In this document: one piece after another, positions 26,401-40,884 of the stretch | Numbering within the stretch: position 1 is the stretch's first letter | How the letters are laid out: each line of letters begins with the position of its first letter | From: Eledone cirrhosa | Lineage: Eukaryota | Length of the DNA: 64,000 nucleotides | Direction: 5' to 3' | Assembly: GCA_964016885.1 (NCBI GenBank) | Contig: OZ024743.1 | Coordinates: forward strand, 176,390,001-176,454,000 | Made by a program: the position numbers and the translations under genes | Notes under the pieces: generated by a model | Told to the model about the DNA's origin: nothing | The model's input: the letters and a program-made list of their open reading frames with translations, nothing else | Database searches by the model: none

Positions 26401-26861
26401 TCTACAGACACGGGCGCCCGGGTAGGGACCCATCGAAAAAGATCTGTCCCAGATGTGTGTGCGACGAGGAAACCGTTGCACACGCATTGGTACACTGCTC
26501 GGGCATTGCCGATCTGTGGGGTTATGTCGAACAACTGCTGTCAAGGGTGGGACCAATCCGGTTGACCACCGAGTCTATTGTAACGATCAAGCCGCCTCCC
26601 CTCTTCAAAAACGAAGGAGAGGCGGTGTTTCTGTGCGTAATAGCCATGGCGAAAGAGGTTGTATGGTGGACGCTTCTGAAAGGACTGAGGTCAGATACCT
26701 TTCTCTCTGGCCAACAACTGGTCCGTTTCTTCTGATATCATTTCGGAAGAAGGATCAGGATGGAGAGAGAGGTGCTGCACCCCAGCCGTTTCTATGAAAG
26801 ATGGGTGAAAGTGGCGAGAATGGCCCGTGTGAATGGGCCTTCACTCTACATCAGACTATAG
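23435..26861 (+). pseudogene. Tx1 ORF2 (APE-RT) pseudogene, copy E
   Basis: Colinear with 289-3726 but broken by several stops and frameshifts. Confidence 0.9.
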
Positions 26862-27155
26862 GTGAGGAAGATGAAAGACCAAGGGAGCACCCCTTCTCTG
26901 TGCTCCTGAGGAGAAGGGTTGCACACTTTTTTCGGGGGTGTGTGCGACCCCCCCCCAATGCGCCTCCTCTCTATTGAGGACTTTGTTATAAATTTTATTT
27001 TTTGTTATATTTAATTTTATTTTTTTATATTGTTATTGCCTCCTCCTTATTGAGGACGCCTTGTTTTGTAAACTCCCCCCATTGTACTTGTCCCACTTTT
27101 GATGCCCTTGTGGCAAATAAAAGAAACATATCTATCTATCCATCTCTCTCTCTCT

Positions 27156-30100
27156 ACCAGACGTGTGTAACTTCGCGGAGAAGTTTCCGTTATTTTATGT
27201 AAGAAAAAAACGTGAGTTTTCAATTAAATTTTATATTATTTTGTAACTTGACCCCCCGTCTGGACTTTCAGGTGGTTGGTCAACTCATTTTCGCCCCTAC
27301 AAGGGCGAAATATTCGTTTTAAAATTTTTTTTCTCCATCGAATTTAGGAAAAAATAGAGTAAGAAGTTTGATTACGTTATGAACGCTGCGTTCAACGATA
27401 ATGGTGGTGGAGAGTCGGTAAGACTACAGAGCTCGCAGTCAACATCGTCTTCTTCCCTAGAAACTATGGAGATGGAAAGACGAAAAGAAAATGTAAAAAA
27501 AAATTCATATCCAAACAACACAAATGACACCAAACAGTTCAATGACAACAAAAATAACAACAACACCAATAATGATGATAAAAATAACAATGACAACAAC
27601 AAAGAAAAAAATAAAGACAACACCAATAACACCAGCATCAAAGACAACAACAACACCAACACCAACACCAACGAAAATACGAATAATATCAACATCAGTG
27701 ACAACAAGAATAACAACAACAATAACAACAATAATGACAACACCACTAACACGGATAATTCCACAAAGAAACCAAAATCTCCTTTGCACAGACAGTTCAA
27801 AAAAAGGAGGAACTGACATATCTCGACATAACAAATGCCGAACAACTTTTAAAGGACGCTAGGAGATATGTCACTTTCGAAAAAAATGGTGCTTTCAGCA
27901 TTAAATCTCCGGTAGAAATTCGCAAGGAAACTGCTCTCAAAACGATAGTTTTTAGGACAGTTTCCAATTCTACCCGAAAACCAGTCCAATTGTCACAGAA
28001 AGAAATTGAACTGGTTTTCAAAAATTCAATGAATGATATTGCATTCATTCAAAGAAGCAAACTTTTTGGGAGTATTTCGGTACTCATGAAGGATCAATTT
28101 ACGGCCCAAAATTACTCTGTGTCGCGAATTGTATCCAACCTGTATACCTTTTTCCCTACATACATGGGAAAAAGGACACAAAAGATTAAAATCACGAGTG
28201 TCACACCAAAGGTGAACATATGGTGGATACTGTGCGGCTTCATCAATTTTGATGAAGACAGAATACTGTCAGTAGGAAAGTCCCCCAGAGATGTATTCAA
28301 TGGGACTAGCATTGAAGTTCTGGTGCAAATGAGCCCAGAGCGAATAGCTATGATCCCACAACGTGTACTCCTGGACGGACTCACCTACATAAACTTTTCG
28401 GTTGAGGGTAGGCGGCCTTCATGTTACCATTGCTTTAGCAGAGGTCACCTGAGGGCTTCCTGTCCTAAATTAATGAGTTAAAAAAAGGCTCTTCTGCCGA
28501 CACCCATCAAAACAACACAACCACCAACACCACCACAACAACAACACCAACATACAAAAATAACCACAACAAACACAGTCCCACCCAACCCCACTCCACC
28601 TAAAACCACTGCAAAATCACATACAGACACAACAGCTCCCCAAGACATACCCCTCCCCAATCACACAGACGATACAACAGATGAGGCTATCTCGCCATCA
28701 CCCAGTGAAGACGAGGGAGAACCCCATCGCTCGAAAAGAAAGAAAAGACATCACAAAAGCAAAAAACCAGCAAACACTACCACAAACATACAACCACCAA
28801 CACAAACAACAAAAACATCACAAACAAAACCCCCACCTCCTGAAAACAAAATACCTACAACAAAACGAAAGCACCCACAAGAACTACAGACAAAAACAAA
28901 CACAACACAAGAAAATTACACTTACACTTACATAAACACCGAAAACAAAACACTAATGGAGACCATCACGAACGACCCTTCGGAGAAAACCGAAGGGAAA
29001 ACTTTCGCCCACTCTATTAAAAATAACAAAAGAGATCTACGCATCTCTCTGTCAACCGGGAGGTGGTGGCGGAGTTGCTGTTTTGCTGCGGAAACACCTG
29101 GGCCTCGTAACACAGACGGTACATCTGGACCCGGAGGGTCGACTGGTGGTCCTAGACGTTGACACCGCGGCCAGACTTCTTCAAACGTCTAGAGACTTTT
29201 CTGGGAACGTCCCGCTCCTTGCTTTTAGTGGGGGACTGGAATGGAATCTTAGATGCACGTTGGGACTATGTGGGAGCATGTCCTGATAAAAGGGGGGGGG
29301 GTGTAACAGCCTCAAACAGTTAATCGACCGATTTGACCTGGCCGATAGATATCGACTAGATTTTCCGACTGTGCCACTGTGGACGTGGAGTAATCATAGC
29401 GGAACATCTAGATCGTACCTAGATAGCGTTCTGGTTAGAAATAAGGATAGGGACATATTAAGCTGTCCACAAATGTTCATGGTTGCCTATTCAGATCACA
29501 AACTAGTGACCTGCATGGCCAACCAAGATAGAACCCATAGACAAGGACCCGGCTACTGGAAGCTGAACTTGTCGTTACCGACAAGCAAAGACTACAGTAG
29601 ACGGATTAGCACTTTAGTTAAACAGCACTTGACAGGGGCCATTGTCAACAACAGATGGTGGTACTCTCTCATGAGGGCAGTTAGATTAGACTCGTTAGTT
29701 TTTAGTAAAGAATTAGCGTTAGATAGAAATAGAACCGAGAAGGAACTGGTAGATAAAGTAGAAGAGGCAATTAGGAGTGGCAACGTAGCCAGCGTGCTAG
29801 CAACGAGAACGGCCTTGGACCAGTTCTTCGACGCAAAGCACGAGAGCTGCGTTGTCAGAAGAAAAATACGTGCTCTGGGAAACGAGGGAGCCAAAGCTGT
29901 TAGCTTGGCCCGAGTGACGGAGGCAATAAGTGGCATCAAGTCCACGATTCGGTCTTTGAAGGACCAAAACGGACGCGTGATACGTCAGCTGAAGAGATAG
30001 GGGACGCGCTGAGCCAATGCGGCCAACGGAAATCTCCAGGTCTCGACCGTCTACACTACGAATTTTACGTAGCAATGCCGGACTTATTCTCCGGTCTCCT

Positions 30101-32347
30101 GGAAGCAATCTACTGCAACTGGCAACAGAACGGGAGAATTCCCAGTTCTGTAACCGGGGGCGTAGTCACACTAATCAGGAAGGACGAGAATAAGGGGGAT
30201 GACATAGGCAACTTCCGGCCCATAACTCTGCTAAACACAGAGTTCCAGATTTTGGCCAAGGTGTTGGCAAAGAGGCTGGCGCTTGTCGTCGAGAACCTGG
30301 TGGGAGAAGCGCAGACATGCGCAATCCCGACCAGGTCCATACACGACAACCTCCACCTCATACGATACATCATAGTGAGGGTAGCTTCGGTGGGGCCCTG
30401 ATCAACTTGGATCAGTCTAAGGCTTTCGATAGGGTTGACCATCGTTACCTGGATGCGGTGCTCGAGGCGGCAGGCTTCGGACCTGTGTTCAGGGGCTGGA
30501 TTGCTGCAATGCACAACAACAACATCTGCTCAAGCGTCAAGGTGAACGGCTACCTCTCGGAGCCGTACCATATTACGCGATCCATTCAACAGGTATGCCC
30601 TCTCTCCTCCCTTCTGTACGTACTGACTCTCGAGCCACTACTGCGGAAGTTGGAGCTATTGCAGAGCATCCCTCTGGAACCGGGAATGCGGAAAGCGGCG
30701 TCGGCCTACGCCGACGACTTAACAGTAAAGGTGTCGAGCGCCTCGCAAATCGAGGAAGACGGCACCTTACTGAAGGAATACGAAAGTTTCACAGGAGCGA
30801 AGCTGAACCGGGACAAGTCCATCGCTTTGCAACTCGAATCGTGGAGAGGCAAACCGATGCCTTCCGATGGTGTCGTCGGACGCTGGACGGAAGGACCGGT
30901 AAAGATGCTCGGGGTCTGGTTTGGCCCGGACCTCCAGGTGGAGAAGAACTGGAACGAAGTCACGGCCAAGGTGTTTGCACTCACACAGAAGTGGGCCGAG
31001 TGCAAACTATCCTTGAAAGGTCGAGCGGAGGTGGCGAACACTTTTATAGCGTCCGCCATCTACTACCGCTTGACCGTCGTGCCTTGTCCAGCTAAAACGC
31101 TGGCCAAAATAGAACGCGCGCTCTTCCAATTCCTTTGGAAGAGGCGGACTCCTTTGGTGAGATGATCCATCTGCTGCCAACACCCTTCTAGCGGAGGGCT
31201 GGAAATGCCGTGTTTGACGAGGCGCAAACACGCGCTCATGCTGCGGCATCTCTACGTATTCCTCACCGGACAACATGTGTGGGCCCCGTTCATGAGGTGA
31301 GCATTCCCACGACTCGTCTCGCTGACCGAGCTGCAGTCCTGGGTCAAGCAAAGACCGAGGAAAATGGGCGACTGGCACATCGAATGTGCTCAGGTGCTCA
31401 CAGCCCTCTGGAAGGCGGACCCGGCGATCAGTGGAGACTCCACTTCGTCATTCTATAGAGGGTTGATCCGCAGCAAGTGCGACGACGCGCTCGGTGAAAC
31501 TCTAGGCGTACAGGAAGATGAACTGACCTGTCTGTTCGGTAGGACCTTCCGCCCGGGACCGATGGACAACTTCCAAAAGTCCCTGGCCTGGCAGTGCTAC
31601 CGAGGAGCTCTACCAGTTCGAGACAAGCTCTAGAGACATGGGCGCCCGGGCAGGGACCCTACAAAAAAGATCTGTCCGAGGTGCGTGCGTAACGAATAAA
31701 CCGTCGCGCACGCATTCATACACTGCCCGGGCGTCACTGACCTGTGGGGCTATGTAGAACGACTATTGTCGCGGGTGGGACCAATCCGGTTGACCACCGA
31801 GTCCATTGTCATGATCAAACCGCCACCCTCCATCAAAAACGAAGGAGAGGCGGTTTTCCTTTGTGTGATAGCTATGGCGAAAGAGGTTGTATGGTGGACA
31901 AAGTTGAAAAGGCTGAGGTCAGACACCTTTCTCTCCGGCCAACAACTGGTTCTTTTTTTCAAATACCACTTTGGAAGAAGAATCAGGATGGAGAGAGAGG
32001 TGCTGTACCCCAGCAAGTTTTATGAAAGGTGGGTGAAAGTGGCGAGAATGGCCCGAGTGAATGGGCCTTCTCTCTATATCAGCCTGTAGGTTGAGGAAAA
32101 GGAGGAGGAGAGGAAAGGAGTACAAGCTCTTCGTACTCCTGGAGTTGAGGGTTGCACATTTTTTCGGGGGTATGTGTTACCCATATGAACTGTCTCCCTA
32201 TTAGGGAACATCGACTAACTTTTTAAATTGCATTTGTGATAAAATTTTACACGTTTTTATTGTATGTAAACTTCCCCCTTTGTATTTGTCCCCTTCTTTT
32301 GTGCCCCTGTGGCTAATAAAGGAACATATCTATCTCTCTATCTATCT
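27156..32347 (+). mobile_element. Tx1 copy F, near full length, with deletions (ORF1/ORF2 junction near 29040; ORF2 near 29990)
   Basis: ORF1 pieces 27379-28481 with EGRRPSCYHCFSRGHLRASCP. ORF2 remnants run to 32089. The 3'UTR is nearly identical to copy B and ends in an ATCT tail. Confidence 0.92.
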
Positions 32348-32396
32348 CATTAGTTCACTCTCTATACATCTGCATATATATATAATTTTCTATCTG

Positions 32397-32438
<42 letters not shown>

Positions 32439-32496
32439 CGCACACACATATATATATGTGTGTGTGTGTTTAAATATATATATATATATATATATT

Positions 32497-32814
32497 AGAA
32501 TTTAGCTTCGAACATAGCTTTATACATATATGTATTTGAATTTCGTATTTCTAAAGAAATATGGCATGTTTACACATTTAGAAGGGTCATAGCTATGAAA
32601 AACGCACTGGCAGCTAACGTCACCAGGCGGTGCCCGGCAGAAGCAAGGAGGAAAATCGTCGATGCATTTCGACGTCTATTGGTATTCGCCAGGACGCTCT
32701 CTCCCGCTCTTGCAAATGCCGGACTTCGAAGACAGGCGAAAATATATAGTGTTTTTGTCTATGTAAATGAGGTAATCAATCTTATTTGCATATGAAGCTG
32801 TATCAGTTGGCTCA
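32497..32814 (-). mobile_element. PLE-like remnant between (AT)n tracts with degenerate HHR (32657-32696)
   Basis: Minus strand CGTC-CTGGCGA-..-GAAATGCATC-GACG: stem I CGTC/GACG, palindromic stem III, one core mismatch. Confidence 0.5.
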
Positions 32815-32963
32815 TATATATATATATATATGTATGTATGTATATGTATACCTACTCCCTTTGTAGGTATAGTTATCTGTGTCTATATTTATCTACATAG
32901 CTAGCTTTCGACAAGAACTACAATTACAACAGCAAACTACAAATCCTTATAACAGTTATTGAC

Positions 32964-33717
32964 AGATAGATAGATAATTTTCTTTTTACTTGCCACCAGG
33001 GCATCAAAAAGTGGGACAAGTACAATGGGGGGAGTTTACATAAAAAGGCGTCCTCAATATGGAGGAGGCAATAACAAGATATAAAAATAAAATAAAATAT
33101 AACAAAAATAAATTTAATAACAAAATCCTCAATAGAGAGGAGGCGCCTTGGGGGGTCGCACACACCCCCTAACAAAAGTGTGCAACCCTTCTCCTCAGGA
33201 GCACAGAGAGAAGGTGCTCCCTTGATCTTTTATCTTTCTCACCTACAGTCTGATGTAGAGTGAAGGCCCATTCACACGGGCCATTCTCGCCACTTTCACC
33301 ATTCTTTCATAAAAACGGCTGGGGTGCAGCACCTCTCTCTCCATCCTGATCCTTCTTCCGAAATGATATCGGAAGAAACGGACCAGTTGTTGGCCAGAGA
33401 GAAAGGTGTCTGACCTCAGTCCTTTCAGACGCGTCCACCATACAACCTCTGTCGCCATGGCTATTACGCACAGAAACACCGCTTCTCCTTCGTTTTTGAA
33501 GAGGGGAGACGGCTTGATCGTTACAATAGACTGCGTGGTAAACCAGATCAGTCCCACCCTTGACAGCAGTTGTTCGACATAGCCCCACAGATCGGCAATG
33601 CCCGAGCAGTATACCAATGCGTGTGCAACGGTTTTCTCGTCGCACATGCATCTGGGACAGATCTTTTTCGAGGGGTCCCTATTCGGGCGCCCGTGTCTGT
33701 AGAGCCTTTCTCGAACG
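32964..33717 (-). mobile_element. Tx1 copy G, 3' fragment on the minus strand
   Basis: ETVAHALVYC...ARVNGPSLYIRL*. 3'UTR of D/E type. (GATA)n on both flanks. Confidence 0.92.
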
Positions 33718-33995
33718 GTAGGCAGGTTGGTAGATAGATAGATACTTAGGTACGTGGGTGGAAAAAGTCATCATGATTTAGTGGATAATTTTGATAATGA
33801 TTAAAGAAAATATGGAAGAAAATTATTGTAATTGATTTAAATGAATGTAAAATGAAATAGGATGATCTGAGTGACAAGAGGGAGAAGGTCACGGAAAATG
33901 AAGAAGTCAAGTATCTTTACATAGAATGATGTAATCAAGGAATTAGTAAATTGATTTTTTTCATAATTACAAACCTCGTCATTTTAATACTATGC

Positions 33996-34038
<43 letters not shown>

Positions 34039-34080
34039 CATATACGTATAAGACTATAGACATATATACATACATAAATA

Positions 34081-34550
34081 GATGATGATGGCTGTCCCCT
34101 CGTTATCGAGTATGGCCATTGCACCATATACCATTGTTAATAATTCCCAATTAATGCTATCGTGTAATGCCTGTGCGAAGAACTCATACGAGTCAACGGC
34201 TATCCAAAAATATGTAAATATGTATAGACACATGTATATATGTATGTATATGGATATATATATATGCATATGTGCATGTGTATGTATATGCGCTGGGAAA
34301 TAGAAATACTCGGGCTGGATACCCGATCGCGCGATTAAACCACTGGGAGTGAAGGACCCCTAGCCTTTGTCAGGGCATTCTTCTAGGAGAAGGCAACTCA
34401 GGAAACTGGGATAACTCCGACATAAAACCTGCGGCTCAGTAGTTACCGATGATGTTGATCTTTTCTTCTTTTTGCGTTATAGCTACTGTCGCTCAGAGAG
34501 TGGGTTTGGCTCAGTGCACAGTCTTTCCTCACTTTAAAAATAATCTTCAC
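34081..34550. mobile_element. Rearranged pieces of an RTE-related SINE/non-autonomous element
   Basis: 34081-34185 matches 47424-47520 in the same orientation, and 34345-34550 matches 47520-47695 inverted. The minus-strand end is CAGCCATCATCATC. Confidence 0.55.
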
Positions 34551-34611
34551 ATAAATAGATAGATAGATACATACATACATATATATACATATATATATAT
34601 ATATATGTATA

Positions 34612-34786
34612 TAATAACAATATATAAGAGAACAAAGAATCAGTGTTGTATCATATACCTATGTAATTACATAGTTCATATCTTTCACTGTCGATCAGCT
34701 CGAGACTGGTATAAGAAGCTCCCCAGATATGTGCTAACATATCGTAGTCTCGCGTATAAGTGTGGTTGGATATCTATCTCCATTCA

Positions 34787-34795
<9 letters not shown>
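34612..34795 (-). mobile_element. Decayed member of the long-stem-II HHR PLE family
   Basis: AACAAAGAATCAGTGTTGTATCAT..TTTCA..GATCAG similar to 39375 and 62255. Flanked by (AT)n. Confidence 0.45.
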
Positions 34796-34818
<23 letters not shown>

Positions 34819-34820
<2 letters not shown>

Positions 34821-34995
34821 ACAAAGGAATTGTGGTAAGGAACCAGATGGACCATAACACACCAGAGTACTCAATACTTAGGGTAGTAGAGTAGGTGATA
34901 GCAAAATGTTTGACCCCGACGGCAGAGCTCAAGCCGTTTCGACGTCTATTTCTGGTGCGTTATGGTCCATCTGGTTCCTTACCACAATTCCTTTG

Positions 34996-34998
<3 letters not shown>
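34819..34998 (-). mobile_element. PLE-like remnant with inverted terminal duplication in (AT)n
   Basis: Arms 34819-34866 / 34951-34998. Same family as 59853 and 60171, with HHR 3' half GAAACGGCTTGAGCTC(T/A)GCCGTC. Confidence 0.6.
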
Positions 34999-35069
<71 letters not shown>

Positions 35070-35073
<4 letters not shown>

Positions 35074-35240
35074 GACCTCTACGTGACTAGAATTGTTTCA
35101 TTCTTGATTACTTTTTTTAATGAAACAGTCCTAGTCCTGTTGAAGCCATTTTATATTAAACATGCATGAAGTTTACTCTCTACTAGTGGAATGACTACCT
35201 TACTAATTGTGGTTACCTCTGACTGAAGCCGAGACTTTGT
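35070..35240 (+). mobile_element. Old fold-back copy of the 56836-type PLE/HHR family
   Basis: GACTAGAATTGTTTCATT..AATGAAACAGTCCTAGTC arms. Tail ACCTTACTAATTGTGGTTACCTC. Confidence 0.55.
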
Positions 35241-35380
35241 ATTTATTTTGTATTTATGTGTAAGAATTTATGCATCTCTGTATTCTATATATAAACGCAC
35301 GCGCACGAACATATATGTATATGTGTGCGTATGTGCATATGTATGAGAAATTTTATGTATATGCACGTGTGTGTATATAT

Positions 35381-35434
<54 letters not shown>

Positions 35435-35459
35435 TATTTAATAATATAAAATATATATA

Positions 35460-35645
35460 TAATTGTTTCTACTTTTGGCACAAGGCCAGCAATTACCCGG
35501 TAGATTACTGGTACTTTATTTTATCAACTCCGTAAGGATGAAAGGCAAAGTTAACCTCGGCGGGATTTGAACTCAGAATGGCAAGGGCCGTAACTCTATG
35601 CGTCAAAGCATGGCGTCTGACCCTTTACCGATACTGCCAATTCTC
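35460..35645 (-). mobile_element. Deu/Nin-like SINE
   Basis: Consensus match. Confidence 0.8.
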
Positions 35646-35688
35646 CGACAATAATAATATAATATATATATGTATGTATATGAATGTA

Positions 35689-35762
<74 letters not shown>

Positions 35763-36120
35763 TGTGTGTGTCTGTGTGTGTCTGTGTGTATGTGTGTGTG
35801 TGTGTGTGTGTGTATGTGTGTGTGTGTCAGTGTGTGAGCGATACCAATTCTTGACATTTCATTGTTGAGAAAACAGCTATGTTGGCCTTCTGTTGAGTGT
35901 CATGAGATGTTTTGTTTAAACAGAGTATTTGACTTGTCAGAAGTTGTTTACGGAAAGTGCTTACGTGCAAAACATTAGAATATCAATAGAGCTATGTGTA
36001 TCTTTGCAATGAAACGTGATGGTAAGTAGCTTGTTGCGGAATGGACGAGTACATATGTTTTTATATATTTATTTATTTATTAATTTTCCAATTTGGGGAA
36101 TGTGCGTGTATTATTTATAT

Positions 36121-36480
36121 GGTGGATTGGCAGTATCGGTAGAAGGTCGGACGCCATGCTTTACAGCATAGTTACGTCCCTTTACGATCTGAGTTCAAAT
36201 CCCACCGAGGTTGACTTTGCCTTTCATCCTTACGGGGTCGATAAAATAAAGTACCAGTAATGCACTGGGTAATTGCTGGCCTTGTGCCCAAATTAGAAAC
36301 AATTATTTATATGTACCACGAGTGAGGTAGATTGGTAAAATTATTAGCATGTCTGAAGAAATACTTTGTAGTGAGTAATTCGTTACGGCCACGTCCCTTT
36401 ACATTCTGAGATCAAATCCCGCTGAAGTCAAATCGCATTTCAAATTTTCGATGTCACTAAAATAAAGTGCCAATCAAGTA
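36121..36480 (+). mobile_element. Deu/Nin-like SINE (36121-36306) plus a degenerate copy
   Basis: Consensus match. Confidence 0.78.
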
Positions 36481-36522
36481 TTCCCCATTAGTGCTAGCTT
36501 TGTCACAATGTTACTCCAAGTA

Positions 36523-36583
<61 letters not shown>

Positions 36584-37325
36584 ATTATATATATGTATTA
36601 TATACTATATACTATATATGATACTTAAGAACAATATTTTTGTATTAACCTTATAGTAGGAATTATGTTCTTAACTGATCCAGCGCATGCGCACTTAACG
36701 CCCTTGCTTTGTCATGCAATATTGTCCCGCTCTCCCAGAGAATATAATTTCAACCTAAAGTTTGGCAGGCTGACAAAGCTAGATGTTGACACTTCTCGCT
36801 CTGACCACTCTCAAAACAATTATTAAGCCTGCATTCCCCCCCCCCCCCCCACTCCACACTTACCCGTGCCAAATAATGTGACAGGTCATACGACCCTCTC
36901 CATCACTTTCGATATTTCAACAGCGCTGCTCCGTGACAACAATGTTTAGCGATTTGTTTATATTCGCAGGAACTTATTATATATCTTGATAAATTTAATG
37001 TATAAAGTTGTGGCCAATTAATTTTCAGCGATGATGCGCCTCTCTGAGGTCAGTGCCCTAAACAACATGAACCTTGAGGTTGATTGCCATTGATTTAAAA
37101 CTGTTATATATATATATATGTGTGTGTGTAAAAGGTAAGCAGAAATAACAACACAAGCTGTACAGTATATGGAAGGAGTATATTAGGTTAACGCTTGAAA
37201 GAGCAGGAAGAGGGTCTTGACGTTTCGAACACTAATCCATCATGTGAAGAAAGAATGAAAAATTAGAAAGATTGAAGGGACAGGCGGGGTGGAATCAGAA
37301 TATATATAAGCGCGCGTGTGTGTGT

Positions 37326-37406
<81 letters not shown>

Positions 37407-37703
37407 TGTGTGTATAGAAAATAGATATGGCTGTGTACTTTCTATTAAGGTATCTTAAAATGCAGTGGGAATAAGAAGAAAGCAAGAACGGGGGGTGGGG
37501 GTTCCTCATCAGTTGTCTACTGGGGGTCTCGGAAATTTCTACGCTTTAAAGACAAGATATCTCACTCCAGGGCGTCAATAACTGGATAAGTTATTGGGAA
37601 AACGGAGGAGGGAGGGAAAGAAAGCAAAAGGGAAGAAAAGAGAAAACAGTGAAAAAACAGCGAAAAAAACAAAAACAAACCGAGCAATGTGCGAGCAACT
37701 TAA

Positions 37704-37786
<83 letters not shown>

Positions 37787-37815
37787 AAAGAATAGAGGTG
37801 TAACACACAAGTTAT

Positions 37816-38211
37816 TATATATTGGTAAACGGAATAGAAAATGCTGACAAATTGTTCACAGTTGAAAAATGGTTTAATTAGGAATAAAAGAGTATTAGTG
37901 ATTGTATGGGTTAGTATTCAGTTGTGGTTTTAAGTTTTTAAGTTTTTACCGGTTGCGCATTTCTAAATGCTTTTCAAAAATAATTTTGAGATAGATTGTC
38001 CGTGCTGTTTGCTCTGATCAGAGCAAACAGCACGGACACTCTATCTCAAAATTATTTTTGAAAAGCATTTAGAAATGCGCAACCGGTAAAAACTTAAAAA
38101 CTTAAAACCACAACTGAATACTAACCCATACAATCACTAATACTCTTTTATTCCTAATTAAACCATTTTTCAACTGTGAACAATTTGTCAGCATTTTCTA
38201 TTCCGTTTACC

Positions 38212-38219
<8 letters not shown>
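37816..38219. repeat. About 404-bp spacerless palindrome
   Basis: Centre CTGA|TCAG at 38017/38018. Arms of about 200 bp with one mismatch that I can see. Confidence 0.95.
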
Positions 38220-38246
<27 letters not shown>

Positions 38247-38450
38247 GTTTATATAGAAAAAGCTTCTACCGGACTAGAACAGTTTCATCCATATGGAATC
38301 ATCAGGAATTCCTTGGTGATTCCATACGAACGAAACACGTCTAGAAACTTTTTTTATATAAGTATTCTTTATTGTGACTAAGGGGTTATTAGACATTCAC
38401 CTCTTCATTCACAGGATCACCAGGCAAGACTAAATTTTCTATACCAGAGA
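38247..38450. mobile_element. Fold-back PLE/HHR remnant
   Basis: Minus strand TTC-CTGATGA-TTCC ATAT GGAT-GAAACTGTTCTAGTCCGGTA-GAA (38263-38309), followed by a decayed sense arm. Confidence 0.65.
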
Positions 38451-38706
38451 TAGTATTTATGTAACACCACCCCCACCACCACCACCACTATAATAATAAC
38501 AAAAACAACAAAGACAACAAGAATTGAAAATATGTATTATGTAGTATTATACGAGAATGTAACTATTAGAAATATGTTAATTAGGTAAAAGTAGAAGTAC
38601 ATTTCACTAAACCTGGTTCAGCCTTTCAACTATTTATATGTTCATATTAGCCAAAACATACATGCATATATATGTATTTATATACATACATACATACATA
38701 CATACA

Positions 38707-38808
<102 letters not shown>

Positions 38809-39271
38809 CATACATATACATACACATATATATATATATATATATCACACATACAAATATATATATATGTATGATGTGTATGTATGTGTATTCATATTAT
38901 CTGTCTTATCTAAAATTCCTTTCCTATTAAAAGTCAACGCCTCACACTAAAATCATCGGTCCTAAGATTTACACCCACACATGCACAGAACGCACACACA
39001 TGCACACACACAGACACAGACACAGACATACGCAGACACACACACACAAGCACATACACACACACAGATATATAAATATATTTGAAAAAAAGGAAAAGAA
39101 TGACTTCACCTTTAGTTGGTATACTATACCAACTTAATTTTATAATTATATCATTTTGCTATGGAATTCTACATAGCAAAATTATAAAATTATAAAATGG
39201 TAAAATCTGAAGTAATTCTTTTCTGTTTTTAATATATCCCTAACTGTATCAAAGACTTCACACATTTTCCA

Positions 39272-39358
<87 letters not shown>

Positions 39359-39370
39359 CATGCATATATA

Positions 39371-39656
39371 TATTATAGATAACAAGGAATCAGTGATGCA
39401 TGAAAACACAATTTATTAACATATTACAAATGTTTCTCCGGCAATCAGCTCAAAGCAGGATCTATTACTGATCGAACCTGACTCTGCATTCGCAAGGTCC
39501 TCAGATATGAGAAACATATGTAATATGTTAATAAATTCTTTTGATGCATCACTGATTCCTCGTTATCTATAATAATCTACTCTGCTCTGTGCGAGCATCG
39601 AGTGCCCAAACGGCATACCACCTACGGACGCATTTATTGCAACCATACAACAACTA
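39371..39656 (+). mobile_element. PLE-like remnant with inverted 5' arm containing an extended-stem-II HHR (39420-39509, minus)
   Basis: Arms 39371-39437 / 39509-39576. Minus strand CATAT-CTGAGGA-(about 60 nt)-GAAACATTTGTA-ATATG. Tail GAGTGCCC, ending in (TA)n. Confidence 0.7.
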
Positions 39657-39660
39657 TATA

Positions 39661-39938
39661 TAATAATATATAAGATCAAAAGATGGTTAAAAGAGTTTCA
39701 TGTATTTTATTATGCGCATTTCATAAACAAATATCATCATGCAATAACATTTGCGTTTTCGTCAGATAAAATAGGGAGACATGATATGAAGGTTAAAACA
39801 CACTTGTAAATAGTGCAGTTTTAAATCAATATATGATCTTATATATTATTATTTATACTCCAGTCCTACAAACTGTAGAGTGCTACTTATCCGATATCTG
39901 CATTGCTTTATTGTACTACAATAAAACTCACCTCCTGC
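39661..39938 (+). mobile_element. PLE-like remnant, same family as 10474
   Basis: Inverted ATAATATATAAGATCA arms and the shared tail. Confidence 0.6.
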
Positions 39939-39961
39939 ATATATATATATATATATATATA

Positions 39962-40268
<307 letters not shown>

Positions 40269-40884
40269 ATATATATATATATATATATATAATGAAAAAT
40301 TGAACAGGGACAGAACAGAGAGGCAGTACAATAAATGTTTATTAAATTCAGGTGAGAAGTGTATACATATACATATATATACGCAAACACACGCTAACAC
40401 ACGCTAACACACACACACATATAGTGCAACATTCCTGTACAGATTTCCAGAAAGCAACACATCATATATACAGTAGTGTGTGTTCAACATGAATGAAAGC
40501 ATAAATAATGAAATAGTACGTTATATATATATATATAAGGTACATAAATATGTATAGTAAAGATGCTTATATACATTGACGGCGATGTATTTGTTTTGCA
40601 AGATTTTTTGTATGAAATCGTGTGTTGAATCAGATATTGTTATATTTGGGAAGCGTCGTGTTGTCCTAATATTGCCAAAAAATTAGGAGAACATCACCCT
40701 CTCCAAATATAACAATACTTATATATATATATTCCTATGAATAAACATAAAGGAACTAAATTTCGCTTAGCTGCATAACAACAAACCAAAGTCCTATAGT
40801 AATCAAAATTTAATGACATTTACTTAAATTGTAATTAATAGGGTATTCTAGACCTGGATCTTGTATATGTGTGATATAATAATT

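Larger units (their letters stand above)
21399..27140 (+). mobile_element. Tx1 copy E, full length (5'UTR-ORF1-ORF2-3'UTR), disabled
   Basis: 5'UTR 21399-21616, ORF1 21617-23404, ORF2 about 23435-26861 with stops and frameshifts, ATCT tail. Confidence 0.93.

Noticed and set aside
34819-34998. TA-flanked MITE with 48-bp TIRs
   Set aside because: Sister copies (59853, 60171) have no inversion or a different one, so the arms are integration inversions rather than fixed TIRs.
37200-37245. HHR on the minus strand (GAAACGTC)
   Set aside because: The CUGANGA core and stem I are not recoverable, so at most it is a decayed remnant.
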